From an uncultured Gammaproteobacteria bacterium (GTDB taxonomy: Bacteria > Patescibacteriota > Patescibacteriia > Magasanikbacterales > JBBTQS01), in assembly GCA_964480225.1 (NCBI GenBank), contig CAYZOG010000006.1:1858-26180 (forward strand): a stretch of 24,323 bases of DNA, read 5' to 3'. The stretch's first letter is position 1. Every line of letters starts with the position of its first letter. The position numbers and the translations under genes are program-made. Positions 22,001 to 24,323 of this stretch are shown here, in pieces. The notes under the pieces were generated by a model. It did no database searches. It was not told where the DNA came from and worked only from the letters and a program-made list of their open reading frames with translations.

Positions 22001-24323
22001 ATGAAAACACAATTTTTAGCTGATGCGCACGCAAAAACTGCCAAATCTGTTCTTTTGGAGCTGAAAACCACGGCAACTGGAATTTTAGCAAAAGAGGCAG
22101 TTGCAAGACTTGAAGCGCATGGGCCAAACTCTCTACCAACGGAGAGTTCTGTGAGGACAAGGTGGAAGATCTTCTGGCAGCAATGGACAAGTCCGTTGTT
22201 GTATCTTTTGGTGTTTGCGGCAGTGATTAGTTTTTTCCTTGGTGAGCATATTGATGCGTATGTGGTGTTTGGAACGGCGTTTGCTAATGCGTTAGTGGGA
22301 TTTTTACAAGAAGACAAGGCAAACACCGCGCTTGCGGAGTTAGCGCAGTACTCACCGCAGTATATTGAGGTGATGCGCGGCGGGAAGATTCAGCAAATTG
22401 AAAGTGCAAACTTGGTGGTTGGTGATGTGATGATCTTGCGCGAGGGTGTGGCTGTTTCTGCGGATGCGCGAGTGTTGAATGCGCAAGATTGTTTTATTGA
22501 CGAGGCTGCGCTTACTGGCGAATCAAACGCAGTTGAAAAACACAACAAGAAATTGAGCACAAAAGTTGTGCTCGCAGAGCGGGCAAACATGGTGTATGCC
22601 GGGACATCGGTGGTTCGTGGAAAGGCAACAGCTGTGGTTGTGGCAACTGGTGTACACACAGAACTTGGAAAGATTGCGACGTTAGTAAAAGAAACTAAGG
22701 ATGTAAAAACTCCATTGCAGCAACAAGTGCATCGACTTGGTCAAATGATTACGGTTCTGGTTGCAATTGCTGCGGTTGGGATTTTTGTGGTTGGTGTATT
22801 GCAAGGCCGTGAATTGGTTGATGTCTTCTTGATTGCGGTTGCGGTTGGTGTTGCGGCGATTCCAGAGGGGCTTATTATTTCATTGACTGTGATTCTAACC
22901 GTTGGAATGCGCAGGATTTTGGCTCGGCAAGCATTAACACGGCGACTGGTTGCGGCAGAAGGGTTGGGGTCTGTTTCAGTAATGTGTGTTGATAAAACCG
23001 GAACCATTACGGCCGGACAAATGCATGTGACAGACACAGTGCTTAGCGCGGAGATGTTTGGTGAAAAACATAATGATGAGCATAAGTCGTTATTGCTTAC
23101 TACTGGAGCATTGTGTACTGAGGCAGAAATTGTGCGAGCAAAGCGACTCAGTGAAATGAGTTTTCGTGGAGAGCCGACTGAAGTTGCGTTGATTAAAGCG
23201 GCTGCAGAGGCTCGACTGTATAAGGATGAATTAGAGGCAAAGCAAGCTAGGTTGGCAACGGTAGCGTTTGATCACGCTAGAATGTACATGGCCACATTGC
23301 ACAAGGGAAAGACCAAAAACGTTGTGTATGTGAAAGGTGCGTTAGAGTCTGTGTTGAAGATGTGTGACAATCGCATGTCTTCTGGGCGAGTGAAGAAGTT
23401 GAATACAAAGGCTCGACATCAAATTGAGCATCATGAGCAGCGCATGACATCTCAAGGTTTGCGTGTGTTGGCTATTGCGTATGTGGAGGTTCCAAAAACT
23501 CGTAAAACACTTTCTGCAAAGCGCATGCCAAAGCTCACGTTTGTGGGATTGGTGGGAATGCAAGATCCAGTTAGGCCAAGAGTTGCTGAAGTGATTCAAA
23601 AAGCAAAAGAGGCTGGTGTGAGAACCATGATGATCACTGGTGATCATGTGCTGACCGCAAAACACATTGCAGAGTCTGTTGGATTGTCAGTGGGGAAGAA
23701 TGCGTTTTTCACTGGCGCGCAATTGGATGAGATGAGTGATGAGAAGCTGAAAAAGGCCGTGGCAAAAGCTGCGGTATTTGCGCGTGTAGAGCCAAGGCAT
23801 AAGATTAGGATTGTGCAGGCCTTGCAGGCCAGTGGGGAAGTGGTGGCTATGACTGGTGATGGTGTGAATGATGCGCCGGCGATTAAAGCGGCAGATATTG
23901 GCATTGCGGTTGGGTCTGGAACAGATGTGGCGCGTAATGTTGCGGATTTGGTGTTGCTGGATAACAACGTCTCAACAATTGTGTCTGCAATTGAGCAGGG
24001 GAGAATCATCTTTGCGAATATCAGGAAGGTGGTGTTGTATCTGCTTTCAAACATGTTTACAGAGGTGATTTTGGTGGTTGGTGCGCTGCTGGTCTTTTTG
24101 CCGCTTCCAATCACAGCCGTTCAGATTTTGTGGATTAACTTTGTGACTGACGCGTTTCCAAACATGGCACTTGCGTTTGATCCAGGGGATAAGGGTGTGA
24201 TGCATCGTCCGCCACGTCGTCGTGGTACGCCAATTGTGGATAAGGAAATGAAGATTGTAATTTTCATTATCAGTATTGTGGCGGATCTGTTGTTGTTTGG
24301 GTTCTTCCTCAGTATTTACGCTT
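22001..24323 (+). CDS. P2-type cation-transporting ATPase (Ca2+-ATPase-like), truncated at window end
   Basis: HGPNSLP N-domain, DEAALTGES, AAIPEGL, DKTGT phosphorylation site, MITGD, TGDGVNDAPA and WINFVTD motifs; absent from the ORF track because no stop falls in the window. Confidence 0.95.
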   Translation, partial: MKTQFLADAHAKTAKSVLLELKTTATGILAKEAVARLEAHGPNSLPTESSVRTRWKIFWQQWTSPLLYLLVFAAVISFFLGEHIDAYVVFGTAFANALVGFLQEDKANTALAELAQYSPQYIEVMRGGKIQQIESANLVVGDVMILREGVAVSADARVLNAQDCFIDEAALTGESNAVEKHNKKLSTKVVLAERANMVYAGTSVVRGKATAVVVATGVHTELGKIATLVKETKDVKTPLQQQVHRLGQMITVLVAIAAVGIFVVGVLQGRELVDVFLIAVAVGVAAIPEGLIISLTVILTVGMRRILARQALTRRLVAAEGLGSVSVMCVDKTGTITAGQMHVTDTVLSAEMFGEKHNDEHKSLLLTTGALCTEAEIVRAKRLSEMSFRGEPTEVALIKAAAEARLYKDELEAKQARLATVAFDHARMYMATLHKGKTKNVVYVKGALESVLKMCDNRMSSGRVKKLNTKARHQIEHHEQRMTSQGLRVLAIAYVEVPKTRKTLSAKRMPKLTFVGLVGMQDPVRPRVAEVIQKAKEAGVRTMMITGDHVLTAKHIAESVGLSVGKNAFFTGAQLDEMSDEKLKKAVAKAAVFARVEPRHKIRIVQALQASGEVVAMTGDGVNDAPAIKAADIGIAVGSGTDVARNVADLVLLDNNVSTIVSAIEQGRIIFANIRKVVLYLLSNMFTEVILVVGALLVFLPLPITAVQILWINFVTDAFPNMALAFDPGDKGVMHRPPRRRGTPIVDKEMKIVIFIISIVADLLLFGFFLSIYA

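Noticed and set aside
21960-22001. Ca2+-ATPase as a member of the ECF regulon
   Set aside because: No TAAG-N16/17-CGT motif upstream; only a sigma70-like extended -10 was found.
160-24114. Numerous 60-250 aa antisense or alternate-frame ORFs in the track (e.g. 16262-17020, 3530-4099, 23644-24114)
   Set aside because: They are shadows of well-supported genes and carry no recognisable motifs.

Overview
Core-chromosome segment of a small-genome bacterium, most likely Patescibacteria/CPR. This is inferred from SD-less starts, tightly packed genes, PEGA and DUF5667 families, and a reduced mraY-ftsW-murG cluster. Contents in order: four tandem GT2 glycosyltransferases plus long-form rmlA; a membrane-anchored PEGA protein; a murA-ctpA-riboflavin kinase-ribE-ribH operon; era; rplI; a GC-rich orphan; pyrG; an ECF sigma/DUF5667 anti-sigma pair with a very acidic tail; rpmA; small membrane protein-mraY-ftsW-murG; a 58-aa Ala/Pro/Glu microprotein divergent from a RimK-family ligase; DUF4395; tRNA-Lys(TTT) flanked by duplicated tRNA ends carrying hairpin insertions; and a truncated P2-type ATPase. 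No integrase, transposase, CRISPR or rRNA was seen. Best leads: the microprotein/RimK pair, the tRNA-end duplications, the ECF module with a candidate autoregulatory promoter, the partial flavin module, and no TGA among 25 stop codons. All assignments come from reading motifs by eye; no database searches were run.
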